64,000 nucleotides of DNA from a virus. The position numbers were made by a program, and so were the translations under genes. Within the stretch, counting starts at the first letter, position 1; the number at the start of each line of letters is the position of its first letter. Positions 40,998 through 49,892 of the stretch are shown here, in pieces. The stretch lies in the IMG/VR virus record IMGVR_UViG_3300024270_000070; one strand, written 5' to 3'. Under the pieces are notes generated by a model that did not search any database, was not told the origin of the DNA, and saw only the letters and a list, made by a program, of their open reading frames with translations.

Positions 40998-41049
40998 AAA
41001 TGGCTACCCCCCCCCCATTAGGATAGTTCTATGGGGGGATGGCCATTAA
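40998..41049 (+). repeat. GC hairpin containing a C10 homopolymer paired to G6
   Basis: AATGGC-ta-CCCCCCCCCC ...loop... GGGGGG-at-GCCATT directly after stop of 38941..40989. Confidence 0.7.
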
Positions 41050-41075
41050 TAAAAACGAGTAAGTTTTTGGGCAAA

Positions 41076-41540
41076 ATGGCAGAAAACAAAAACATGGTAA
41101 AATTTTGGAGAGGTACTGAGGAAGGGTATAATTTATTGGCTAAGGCTAATATGTTGGATTATTGGACCCGATATTCAGTAAAGTCGGTTGATTCGGAAAC
41201 GGGAGTTATCACTTGGAGAGAGTATTTCGGTGATAATCTTATAACAGAACCAACTGGGCAACTTTTACCTGTTATTGATATTGTGTCCGCATTACCCAGC
41301 ATGTTGAATCCGGGTGACCGTTACCTCGTTGGTGAAGATGCCAACGGAATAACCTCCGCAACATATTATATTGTTGAGATTGGGGTAGAGAGGGACGATA
41401 CAGGATATTCTCAGACAACAAAAACAAAACGTTTTGAAGATGGCATGTCAGTCAGAGTTAAAAACAGAGATTATAAATCATATCTGATTGTGAATGGCCA
41501 AATCAGGACCTATGATGAAGTTGATTGCGGCACATATTGA
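41076..41540 (+). CDS. hypothetical protein
   Basis: track ORF 41031..41540; 41031 ATG lies inside the GC hairpin; MAENKN at 41076 more plausible. Confidence 0.4.
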   Translation: MAENKNMVKFWRGTEEGYNLLAKANMLDYWTRYSVKSVDSETGVITWREYFGDNLITEPTGQLLPVIDIVSALPSMLNPGDRYLVGEDANGITSATYYIVEIGVERDDTGYSQTTKTKRFEDGMSVRVKNRDYKSYLIVNGQIRTYDEVDCGTY

Positions 41541-41569
41541 TGGCAGAGTATATAAAATAAGTGAATATA

Positions 41570-41601
41570 AAGGAGGACTTCGGTCTTCCTTTTGTTTTTT
41601 T
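41570..41601 (+). terminator. intrinsic terminator
   Basis: AGGAGGAC-ttcg-GTCTTCCT (G.U wobble, UUCG loop) followed by TTTTGTTTTTTT. Confidence 0.75.
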
Positions 41602-41614
41602 AATATTTTATCAC

Positions 41615-41622
41615 TATATTTG
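41615..41622 (+). promoter_or_regulatory. Bacteroides-type -7 promoter motif TATATTTG
   Basis: 19 nt upstream of ATG 41641. Confidence 0.45.
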
Positions 41623-41640
41623 CGAAAAATTTTTTATCAA

Positions 41641-42642
41641 ATGTTTCAGAAGATTTATAATATTTTAGTTTCAATTTTAGGTGAATCAAAGCAGGGTGGA
41701 TACATGAAAGGGTGTTCACAGTATCAGTTCAATTGCATAATGGATTGTGCTGAGGAAAAAGGTGGGCCCGATGGGAAATATAATCTTGAGGTTTCATTTG
41801 CCATTGGCAAGTATCATTGTTGGGCTTGTGACGGGAAGGGGAACCTTTCGTATTTAATACGACGATATGGTGGTAAAGAAAAATTCAAGATATATGAGGA
41901 AGAAATAAAATCCATTAGAGAGAGTAAAATGTACGACTTGTCGTCGTATATGGATGAGATATATGGCAATACAGATAAGAATGGAAAAACACTTAAATTG
42001 CCAGAAACTTATACCAAGATAGATATTTCATCACTTAAGAGTAAAAAACTTAAAAATTACCTCGAAAAACGCCAAATAACGCAGGATATCGTTGACCGTT
42101 TCAATATAGGCTATACACAATGGGATGGTGAGACATGGACAATGAGAAACAGGATTGTAATTCCGTCTTATGATGAATATGGGTTCCTTAATTATTGGGT
42201 GTCGCGAGATTTTTCCGGATACGAAAAGAAAACGAAATACAAGAATTGCGATGCTGATAAAAAAGAAATAGTCTTCCAAGAAAGTTTAATTAATTTCGAT
42301 GCCGATATAGTTCTGGTTGAAGGTGCTCTTGATTGTATCTATTATAATAATGCTATTTCAATGCTCGGTAAATTTTTGTTGAAAGATAGTGAATTATATA
42401 AAAAACTGTATTCCAAAGCCAATGCTGATATTATAATATGTCTTGATTCGGATACCACTATAGAAGAAACGAAGAGAATATATAATCTTCTTAATGTGGG
42501 GAGATTACGAGGTAGAATAAAGTATATTGAACTCAATGAATATAAAGATTTCGGTGAGGTATATGAGGCTTTGGGGAAAAAAGGAATTATTGAAACAATT
42601 AAATCTGCGAAAAAATTTGATGAAATTGATTTGCTGATTTGA
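41641..42642 (+). CDS. DNA primase (CHC2 zinc finger + Toprim)
   Basis: CIMDC...KYHCWAC zinc-binding cluster; Toprim E (LVEGALDC) and DxD (CLDSDTT); the track start 41494 precedes the terminator/promoter so start is placed at the first ATG after the promoter. Confidence 0.6.
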   Translation: MFQKIYNILVSILGESKQGGYMKGCSQYQFNCIMDCAEEKGGPDGKYNLEVSFAIGKYHCWACDGKGNLSYLIRRYGGKEKFKIYEEEIKSIRESKMYDLSSYMDEIYGNTDKNGKTLKLPETYTKIDISSLKSKKLKNYLEKRQITQDIVDRFNIGYTQWDGETWTMRNRIVIPSYDEYGFLNYWVSRDFSGYEKKTKYKNCDADKKEIVFQESLINFDADIVLVEGALDCIYYNNAISMLGKFLLKDSELYKKLYSKANADIIICLDSDTTIEETKRIYNLLNVGRLRGRIKYIELNEYKDFGEVYEALGKKGIIETIKSAKKFDEIDLLI

Positions 42643-42652
42643 ATAATATTTG

Positions 42653-42660
42653 TATATTTG
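42653..42660 (+). promoter_or_regulatory. Bacteroides-type -7 promoter motif TATATTTG
   Basis: 4 nt upstream of ATG 42665 (leaderless-type arrangement). Confidence 0.4.
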
Positions 42661-42664
42661 CAAC

Positions 42665-43501
42665 ATGGTAAAGAAAATTATTGCTTGTGCGGATATTCAC
42701 ATCCGCAATCTTAAAAGAATGGATGAGACTTATGACATGCTTAACAAATTCATTAATAAATGTCATATTGATATGGAAGATGGTGGATTTGAAAGGGATG
42801 AAGTAAGAATTGTTGTGGCCGGTGATATCTTTGAAAATAAGATAACAGTATCAAATGAGGCTAATCTTGCGGTATCATGGTTTTTAAATTCATTATCTAA
42901 AGTGGCAAAGGTAATTGTGATTTGTGGAAATCATGATTTTCTAATGAACAATAAGTCTCGTGTTGATTCATTGACCCCTGTTATAGAAATTGCAGGCAAT
43001 GAAGATGTGGTTTATCTTGATTCTTACACTGAATACACTTCGGGAATGTATGTGGATGATAACATTGTTTGGTGTCTTTATTCATCATTTGATGATTTCA
43101 ATCGCCCTGACATTGAATGGGCTAAGTCAGAATATGGGGAAAACAAGACTTATGTTGGTGTAATTCATGCTGATATTAATGGCGCGGTATCTCATACCAA
43201 TAGAGTGACTGAAAATGGACTTGATGCAAGCATTTTTGAGGGCCTTGATTTTGTTATTGCAGGACATATACATAAACATCAGGAGATAAAGAAGAATGGT
43301 GTTAAGGCTGTGTACTGTGGCTCATTGATTCAACAGAATAACGGTGAAAGCATTTATGGGCACGGATATGTCGTGTGGGATGTTGAAAAATGCACATATA
43401 AACTTGTTGAAGTGAAAAATGAAGATTATGGTTTTTATAAGTTCATAATCGAATCAGAAACTGATATTGAGGAAGATAAAGAGATATTGATTAACATTTA
43501 A
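42665..43501 (+). CDS. SbcD/Mre11-like calcineurin-fold nuclease
   Basis: phosphoesterase motifs ADIH, VVAGDIFE, VICGNHD, GHIHKHQ; track start 42650 is TTG. Confidence 0.75.
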   Translation: MVKKIIACADIHIRNLKRMDETYDMLNKFINKCHIDMEDGGFERDEVRIVVAGDIFENKITVSNEANLAVSWFLNSLSKVAKVIVICGNHDFLMNNKSRVDSLTPVIEIAGNEDVVYLDSYTEYTSGMYVDDNIVWCLYSSFDDFNRPDIEWAKSEYGENKTYVGVIHADINGAVSHTNRVTENGLDASIFEGLDFVIAGHIHKHQEIKKNGVKAVYCGSLIQQNNGESIYGHGYVVWDVEKCTYKLVEVKNEDYGFYKFIIESETDIEEDKEILINI

Positions 43502-43512
43502 TAAAAAAAAAT

Positions 43513-44202
43513 ATGGATAAATTTAGAAAAGATTATGAACTTTTTGCTCGTTCAGAGTATGGTATTGGTAGTAATAAGTTGAATGAATATGATAAGTATC
43601 TTCAGAGAACCAATGGTGGATACGTGGAGCCATACATTCTTGAGGAACGTGAGATGAATGTAACGCAGATGTCTGTATTTAGCCGTCTGTTTAAGGACCG
43701 TATTCTTTTCCTTGGAACTGAGGTTACTTCTGATAGTGCTAATATCCTTGCTTCACAGTTGATGTTCCTTAACTCTGTGGATGAAACCGAAGATATTAAA
43801 CTATATATTAATTCCCCTGGGGGAAGTGTCGCAAGTGGCTTGATGTTATATGATATCATGAATTTTGTAACACCTGATGTTTCAACTTATTGCATGGGAA
43901 CATGTGCATCAATGGCTGCAGTTCTTTTGTCTTCGGGGGCGTCAGGAAAAAGATATTCACTCCCACATTCAGAGGTTATGATTCATCAGCCATCAACCGG
44001 GATTGGAAGGATTAAAGCTGAGGACCTTCGTGTTGAGTATGAACAGATGGAGAAGTGTAAGAATACTCTTTATCAGATTCTTGCGGAAAATACAAACAGG
44101 CCTATTGACGAAATTGCAGAACTTTGTAAGTTGGATAGGTGGTATACTGCGGATGAGGCTGTTGAATTTGGCCTTATTGATTCAGTAATCAGAAAGAAGT
44201 AG
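43513..44202 (+). CDS. clpP: ClpP-family serine protease
   Basis: GTCASMAA (Ser), MIHQPS (His), LYINSPGGSV; overall ClpP layout. Confidence 0.75.
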   Translation: MDKFRKDYELFARSEYGIGSNKLNEYDKYLQRTNGGYVEPYILEEREMNVTQMSVFSRLFKDRILFLGTEVTSDSANILASQLMFLNSVDETEDIKLYINSPGGSVASGLMLYDIMNFVTPDVSTYCMGTCASMAAVLLSSGASGKRYSLPHSEVMIHQPSTGIGRIKAEDLRVEYEQMEKCKNTLYQILAENTNRPIDEIAELCKLDRWYTADEAVEFGLIDSVIRKK

Positions 44203-44206
44203 AAAT

Positions 44207-44401
44207 ATGGGTAGATTTCACTTTGAACCAATGGTTTATGACCATGTTGATAAACGAGGGATATATTGGAGAAGTTCGAAAACGGGACTTCTCTATATAT
44301 TCTATTGGAATCCTATTATGTGGTTGCATACATTGTTATGCAAAGATTGCTATTTTGGATTTTTGCCATTTAAAACCAAACATATAAAATATGGGGATTG
44401 A
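44207..44401 (+). CDS. hypothetical small protein
   Basis: ORF track. Confidence 0.3.
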   Translation: MGRFHFEPMVYDHVDKRGIYWRSSKTGLLYIFYWNPIMWLHTLLCKDCYFGFLPFKTKHIKYGD

Positions 44402-44564
44402 ACATAAAGTAGGGGATTGTTATTTAGCCAAAGGCTACTCTGACGATGTTTTTGAATTGGTTGAAATTAATGATAAAGAGTTGACTTTAGTTGGAAAGAA
44501 TACCAATAAAGTGTTTTTTATTGAAGAAAGCAGAATTGAAAAATTTTATAGAAAATTGTCATGA
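44391..44564 (+). CDS. small hypothetical protein (57 aa, below track cutoff)
   Basis: hand translation MGIEHKVGDCYLAKGYSDDVFELVEINDKELTLVGKNTNKVFFIEESRIEKFYRKLS; ATGA overlap with next gene at 44561. Confidence 0.3.
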   Translation: MGIEHKVGDCYLAKGYSDDVFELVEINDKELTLVGKNTNKVFFIEESRIEKFYRKLS

Positions 44565-44989
44565 GAAAAATTAATAAACTATATCACCTTAGCCATGCAA
44601 ATCATGACGGTGAAGTATTTAAACCAAGAGTGCCTGATAATATCATTATAGGCGATTATGAATGTGAACAACTTGAGGATAAAAAGACAAAACGAATATG
44701 CTTTTCTAAAACCATTTCAGGTGCATTCCTCGGTATTAATTTTGATGGGGCATACGAAGAGATGTATGTTCATGTTCCTGAGAATATTGAATCGGTCCCT
44801 GATGATAAAATAGTTATCCCAACTGAAAAACAGGTATGGGATGCTGAGTTCACAAGAGAAGTTTGGGTAAAGGCTCCTGTGAAGATGAAATGCGTTGGAA
44901 AGGTCCTTATTGGATATAATCTTGCTAACACAACATGGCGACAGTGGAGACCTTCAGTTAAATTCAGGTGGCTTGAAAAATACGTTTAA
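44561..44989 (+). CDS. hypothetical protein
   Basis: ORF track. Confidence 0.4.
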   Translation: MRKINKLYHLSHANHDGEVFKPRVPDNIIIGDYECEQLEDKKTKRICFSKTISGAFLGINFDGAYEEMYVHVPENIESVPDDKIVIPTEKQVWDAEFTREVWVKAPVKMKCVGKVLIGYNLANTTWRQWRPSVKFRWLEKYV

Positions 44990-45235
44990 ATGGGGCGACG
45001 TATGATGACTCTTTTTCCAGTTTTTGTTACTTTTTGAGATGTTCTTGGGGAAATTGGTTTATTAACGGTTTTCTGAACCTGTTTTACCGGTTGTACATTT
45101 TTTTTACTATTTTTACAAGCACATGCCATGATAAATTCAATTTTTATAATAAATAGTGCGATTTTTTTATTTTGAACGATATTTATCGTCAAATAACCGC
45201 CACATCGGTTTCTAACCACACTATATCATTTTTCT

Positions 45236-45276
45236 CTCCAACGGTTCCCTGCGCAAGAAACGTTGGAGTTTTTTTG
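45236..45276 (+). terminator. intrinsic terminator
   Basis: CTCCAACG-17 nt loop-CGTTGGAG followed by TTTTTTTGTTTT. Confidence 0.6.
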
Positions 45277-45295
45277 TTTTCTACTAAAAAGTTTC

Positions 45296-45303
45296 TATCT
45301 TTG
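45296..45303 (+). promoter_or_regulatory. Bacteroides-type -7 promoter motif TATCTTTG
   Basis: 15 nt upstream of ATG 45319. Confidence 0.45.
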
Positions 45304-45318
45304 CGAAAAAAAAAAGAA

Positions 45319-45699
45319 ATGGAGAATTACGATTGTTTTACACTTAGTGGTGATAATCTTGCAAAAGATTATGGAAGTGATTACGTTGAATTGCCTGTAG
45401 AAGAAACTGCTTCTGATGAATATGTTGATTACTTTAATGATGTTCTGCATGAAATGGACGTTGTTCATGCTAAAAAGAATGCCGATTATGGAAATAATTT
45501 CCATAAGAGATTTAAGAAATGGGGTTTTCTTACAGCCTTGTTAAGGCTGTCGGATAAGATGGAACGTCTTGAAAACATTTATGAGAAAGGACAGATTCAG
45601 GTAAAGGACGAATCCGTTGAAGATACTCTTCTTGACCTTGCTAATTACGCAGTTATGACTGTTGTTGAACTTAGGAATGAAAAGAAAAATAGGAAATAA
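45319..45699 (+). CDS. hypothetical protein (possible MazG-like nucleotide pyrophosphohydrolase, weak)
   Basis: start re-set to first ATG after terminator/promoter; HAKKNADYGNNF and helical bundle composition weakly MazG-like. Confidence 0.35.
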   Translation: MENYDCFTLSGDNLAKDYGSDYVELPVEETASDEYVDYFNDVLHEMDVVHAKKNADYGNNFHKRFKKWGFLTALLRLSDKMERLENIYEKGQIQVKDESVEDTLLDLANYAVMTVVELRNEKKNRK

Positions 45700-45718
45700 T
45701 TTTTAATTTTTTAAATAT

Positions 45719-47278
45719 ATGTCAAGTACACTTACTTATGTGGTCATTGGAATTGTGGCATTCCTTGTCCTTTTTATTTTTGCGTCTTATGTTAAGACAT
45801 CGCCACAGATTGCTTATATTATATCAGGACTTACTAAAAAGCCTAAAATTCTTATTGGTTCAGGTGGATTTAGGATTCCGTTCTTTCAGAAACTTGATAA
45901 GGTTTATACCGGACAGATTACAGTTGATGTAAAGACAACAACCCCTGTCCCAACCTCAGACTTCATCAATGTAGATGTGGATGCTGTGGCAAAGGTTAGA
46001 ATTATGCCAACTGAAGATGGGATTAGGCTTGCAAGTGCGAACTTTCTTAATATGTCTCCTGAGATGATATCTCATCAGGTGAAGGATGTTCTTCAGGGTA
46101 ATATGCGTGAGATTGTTGGAACACTCGACTTACGCGCCCTTAACACAGACCGTGATGGTTTCTCTAATCAGATTCAGAAGAAGGCTGCTGTTGATATGGA
46201 ACGCCTGGGTATTGAAATTCTTTCATGTAATATTCAGTCAGTAACTGACCGTGAGGGGCTTATTGAGGCTCTCGGTGCTGATAATACATGCAAGATTACT
46301 AAGGAGGCTGCCATTAATAAGGCACAGGCCACAAAGGATGTGAAGGTAGCAGAGGCTCAGGCTCTTCAGGAATCAAATGATGCACGTGTTGCGTCGGAGA
46401 CGAAGATTGCTGAGAAAAACAATGAGCTTGCAATCAAGAAGTCAGAACTTAAGATTTCGGAAGACATCAAACGTGCTGAGGCTGATGCTGCATATGAAAT
46501 TCAGAAGCAGGAACAGGCAAAGACCATTAAGGTGAAGACCGTTGAGGCACATGCTGCCGAGGCTCTTATTGAGGCTGAAAGACGCAAGGAAATCAATGCA
46601 AAGCAGGTTGAGGCGGAGGTTGAAAAGGCTGCCAAGACACAGGAATTGAAGGCTCAGGAAATTGCCATCATGCAGAAGACTCTTGAGGCGGAAGTAAATA
46701 AGAAGGCTGATGCTGATAAGTATCATAAGGAAGTTGCGGCTGCAGCAGAACTTGAACAGCGCAAGAGAAAGGCTGAAGCAGAGACATATGAGGCTGAGCA
46801 GAGGGCAAAGGCTATGAGAGCGGAGGCTGAGGCACTTAAGTTTAAGATGGAACAGGAGGCTCTCGGTATCAAGGCTAAGGGTGAAGCTGAGGCTTATGCA
46901 ATTCTTAAGAAGGGTGAGGCTGAGGCTGAAGCAATGAACAAGAAAGCCGACGCTTATCAGAAGTATAATGATGCTGCAATTGTTGAAATGCTTGTTGGTA
47001 TTCTTCCTGACATGGCCAAGAACGTTGCTGAACCAATCAAGTCAATTGATAATGTTACCATTTATGGTGGCGGTGATAATAATGGTGTCTCAGGCGTATC
47101 AGCAAATGTCCCAATGGTCATCAAACAGACATTTGATACGGTTTCCAATGCGACAGGCGTGGACCTTTCTAAGATTCTTGAGTCCCACACAATTAATGCT
47201 AAGACCGATAGAAATGTTTCGCTTAAGGGTGGACATGTTGAGGTTGAAGCAACGGGTAAACAGATTCTTCACGACTAA
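45719..47278 (+). CDS. SPFH/band-7 (flotillin-like) membrane protein
   Basis: N-terminal TM; SPFH core (ILIGSGGFRIPFFQKLDKVYTGQITVDV...VDAVAKVRI); long A/E/K coiled coil typical of flotillin/YqiK. Confidence 0.65.
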   Translation: MSSTLTYVVIGIVAFLVLFIFASYVKTSPQIAYIISGLTKKPKILIGSGGFRIPFFQKLDKVYTGQITVDVKTTTPVPTSDFINVDVDAVAKVRIMPTEDGIRLASANFLNMSPEMISHQVKDVLQGNMREIVGTLDLRALNTDRDGFSNQIQKKAAVDMERLGIEILSCNIQSVTDREGLIEALGADNTCKITKEAAINKAQATKDVKVAEAQALQESNDARVASETKIAEKNNELAIKKSELKISEDIKRAEADAAYEIQKQEQAKTIKVKTVEAHAAEALIEAERRKEINAKQVEAEVEKAAKTQELKAQEIAIMQKTLEAEVNKKADADKYHKEVAAAAELEQRKRKAEAETYEAEQRAKAMRAEAEALKFKMEQEALGIKAKGEAEAYAILKKGEAEAEAMNKKADAYQKYNDAAIVEMLVGILPDMAKNVAEPIKSIDNVTIYGGGDNNGVSGVSANVPMVIKQTFDTVSNATGVDLSKILESHTINAKTDRNVSLKGGHVEVEATGKQILHD

Positions 47279-47297
47279 ATGTTGATATAATAGAAGT

Positions 47298-47332
47298 AAA
47301 CGGGATGTGTCTCACGACAGGTCCCGTTTTTT
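47298..47332 (+). terminator. intrinsic terminator, copy 1 of a 35-nt element repeated at 62848
   Basis: AAACGGGATGTGTCTCACGACAGGTCCCGTTTTTT: ACGGGA/TCCCGT outer stem, TGTC/GACA inner stem, T6. Confidence 0.65.
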
Positions 47333-47380
47333 ATATAAGTAGCAAAAAAAAGAATTTTTTTAGGTTTGGCATGGTTTTTG

Positions 47381-47388
47381 TATATTTG
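47381..47388 (+). promoter_or_regulatory. Bacteroides-type -7 promoter motif TATATTTG upstream of IS left end
   Basis: no ORF follows for ~260 nt. Confidence 0.35.
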
Positions 47389-47653
47389 CCCTGAGAATGT
47401 TAAATTATGATTTTATGACAGAACGTACTAAAACACATTTGAAATTAATCGGTTTGAGACTTTGGTTAATTCCTTATTTTTTCATATAAATTTATCGTAG
47501 GGAAACTCCATCCTTTAGGGTGGAGAGGAACTACGATTAAACCCTTTTTGGTTAAACATTATTTTCTTAATGTAAATATATAACTTTTAAAAAAAAATAA
47601 AACTTTTTAATTTATTATAATATTTATATATAGAAATCACATACGTGAATGCT

Positions 47654-48820
47654 ATGATTGTACAAACCTATAACATACCTCTAATAATGGATGATACCAA
47701 TGCAACGCATTGGTACAATCTTCTTGTATGTGCAAGAGATGCGTACAATAGGTGTACACGTATTCTACATGATAACAAAATAACACTGTCACTTAAAAAA
47801 GTACACGAGGCGTGTTATAACGTAATTAGGACAGAGTTTCCTGCTTTATCTTCACAGATGGTAATCAAGTGCGAACAAGCAGCAGCGTCTGCTTTGAAAT
47901 CAATTAAAGCAAACAAACATAAGAACGCTGAAGTACCACAGAGAAAATCATTAACAATGACCCTCGATAAACGCCTCTACGGAGTGCTTACATCTGAAGG
48001 AATAACCATTACTGGGGCACAGAAAAACAAACGTACTTTCGTACCTTTTAATGTCTATCCTAAGGCAAAAGAAATGCTTAGTACTTATAAGGCATATGAC
48101 CCTACAATATTCTATAGAAACGGGAATTTCTTCCTTTCAGTACCCTTCGAAGTACCTGAAAAACCATTACATTCTGAGGAGTGCATAGGTGTTGACCTCG
48201 GTGCAAGAATGATATTTGTTACCTCAGAGGGTAAGGCATTTAAAGATACAACATATCTTAAGAAGCGTAGGGACATCCGTTATCTTAAGCGTAAACTACA
48301 AGAGAAAGGTACCAAATCAGCAAAGCGCCACCTTAAGAAAGTTCGCAACAAGGAACGCAACCTCTCTAAGGACATGTGTTATCGTGCAAGTAAAGTACTC
48401 ATTAATAGTACAAATGCTTCCATCATTGTGATGGAAGACCTCACAAAGATTAAAAAGAAAACTTCACGTACCAGTGAGGGGTACAAGAGAGCGAAGCATA
48501 ACAATGCTTTATCTCAGATTCCATTTTATGAATTTAAACGTATATTGACTTACAAGGCACCACTTGCGGGCAAGCAGGTGGAAACAGTTTCTCCGATGTA
48601 TACAAGTCAGATGGATTGTCGCACCAATAATCGTGATGGAGAGCGCCGTGGTCGCAGATATATCTGCGTTGACGGAGTTGTCTTTGACTCAGATTGGAAT
48701 GCTGCGATTAATATCGGACAAAGGTCCAACCACCCTGTATCGAGTTTTTTACCAATTGAAGGTCAATTGGTTATCCTTACAGGCAGGGAGCAGTCAACCT
48801 CCCAATCGACATGCCTCTAA
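47654..48820 (+). CDS. tnpB: TnpB (RuvC-like RNA-guided nuclease / IS605 OrfB family)
   Basis: RuvC-I GVDLGARMIFV, RuvC-II IVMEDLTKIKK, zinc finger CRTNNRDGERRGRRYICVDGVVFDSD, RuvC-III DSDWNAAINI; track start 47645 is GTG. Confidence 0.8.
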   Translation: MIVQTYNIPLIMDDTNATHWYNLLVCARDAYNRCTRILHDNKITLSLKKVHEACYNVIRTEFPALSSQMVIKCEQAAASALKSIKANKHKNAEVPQRKSLTMTLDKRLYGVLTSEGITITGAQKNKRTFVPFNVYPKAKEMLSTYKAYDPTIFYRNGNFFLSVPFEVPEKPLHSEECIGVDLGARMIFVTSEGKAFKDTTYLKKRRDIRYLKRKLQEKGTKSAKRHLKKVRNKERNLSKDMCYRASKVLINSTNASIIVMEDLTKIKKKTSRTSEGYKRAKHNNALSQIPFYEFKRILTYKAPLAGKQVETVSPMYTSQMDCRTNNRDGERRGRRYICVDGVVFDSDWNAAINIGQRSNHPVSSFLPIEGQLVILTGREQSTSQSTCL

Positions 48821-48866
48821 CGAGGCAGTGTCAAGCACCCTCCTTTAGGTGGGTGTAGTTGACTGC
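48650..48866 (+). ncRNA. putative TnpB omega-RNA (reRNA) scaffold overlapping tnpB 3' end and RE
   Basis: long-range pairing CAGTCAAC (48791-48798) with GTTGACTG (48858-48865) enclosing the RE hairpin; extent approximate. Confidence 0.4.
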
Positions 48867-48878
48867 AATGGAATAACC

Positions 48879-49082
48879 ATGATTTTGGGTATTTTTATCT
48901 TTTTTACAACAATTGTTCTTGGAGGACCATTGTGGATAATTAATGGAAATCCTTTTTCTTGGATGGATTGGTTTCCTGATAATTTGGATATTCCTACATT
49001 ATTCGAATGGGATGATTTTAGGGAAGATGTTGCTGATAAGCAAAGAAAGTTTGACAAAGGTGAAAATATTTTTGGGGACTAA
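48879..49082 (+). CDS. small membrane protein
   Basis: first ATG of track ORF 48849..49082 (track start is GTG inside RE hairpin); one TM (ILGIFIFFTTIVLGG). Confidence 0.35.
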   Translation: MILGIFIFFTTIVLGGPLWIINGNPFSWMDWFPDNLDIPTLFEWDDFREDVADKQRKFDKGENIFGD

Positions 49083-49136
49083 TTACTTTGGCACGGTATT
49101 TGCAGTAAGATAAGAAAACTTTTAAATAAAAACTTT

Positions 49137-49892
49137 ATGAGAATTAATGAATTGATTTTAAACAGACAGAGAAGTTTTGACCTTGATGATACCCTTCTTT
49201 GGAAGAAATCTGCAGAGAAACAGGAATGTTTTGTTAGGGATAGTATATGTACTAATCTCTTGAAAACTCCTTGTTTTGTCGTATCATCACATATGAGCAA
49301 GAGTTGCTTACTTCCCGTATATATGTTTAGACTTAATAATGGTATTACTGTAATTTGTCGAGACAATTTTCATGGGTGGGTTGTAACTGTTAAGACCCCG
49401 GGAGACGCATTCATAGTAAGTCTTCCTAAGGACCTTGTATATGGCGATTTATATAGTACTAATAATGATATCAGTCCTTTATATTGTGAGGGGTTCATAG
49501 AAAAATGGGTTTTCCCTTATAATAATGCTTATGGTCATGAGATGACAGTGAATGTGCGTGACGATTTTTCATTTTGGGCGTTGATGAGGGAACTAAATAA
49601 ATATGATTTCGGATGGAGGCCTCACGTTGGGTTGCCACAGAATAGTGAATGTATTGCTGATGCCCTGTCTTACGCTAAATCAGTGAATAAAGAAATGCGT
49701 CTTTATGAAATTTTCAGTCAGACATATCGTGCAACTGAAGACCAAATGGGTTGGTGTTCGGCTTATGATGTTTGGGCTGATGAGGGTCAAATCATTGAAC
49801 TCCTGATTAAAGACAATGGACTTTTCAGTGTTTTTGGGAGAGAATGGGACACGTTCCAATATGGTACGAATTTTGAAAATTTTGATGAGTAA
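49137..49892 (+). CDS. hypothetical protein
   Basis: ORF track. Confidence 0.4.
   Translation: MRINELILNRQRSFDLDDTLLWKKSAEKQECFVRDSICTNLLKTPCFVVSSHMSKSCLLPVYMFRLNNGITVICRDNFHGWVVTVKTPGDAFIVSLPKDLVYGDLYSTNNDISPLYCEGFIEKWVFPYNNAYGHEMTVNVRDDFSFWALMRELNKYDFGWRPHVGLPQNSECIADALSYAKSVNKEMRLYEIFSQTYRATEDQMGWCSAYDVWADEGQIIELLIKDNGLFSVFGREWDTFQYGTNFENFDE

Larger units (their letters stand above)
47480..48870 (+). mobile_element. IS200/IS605-family tnpB-only element (IS1341-like), approximate bounds
   Basis: sub-terminal LE hairpin 47496..47535 and RE hairpin 48830..48863, both with TTTA loops; encloses tnpB; no tnpA. Confidence 0.6.

Noticed and set aside
44986-45219. Minus-strand 77-aa basic ORF in the 44990..45318 spacer
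   Set aside because: The region contains a plus-strand terminator hairpin and promoter motif; the ORF has no ATG-context support and looks like intergenic AT-rich noise.
44990-47644. tRNA / small RNA genes in the longer non-coding stretches (44990..45318, 47333..47495, 53214..53345)
   Set aside because: No cloverleaf-compatible segments (no GTTC-type T-arm with matching acceptor stem) found by eye. These stretches are explained by terminator + promoter elements and the IS left end. A small RNA downstream of the orphan promoter at 47381 cannot be excluded.
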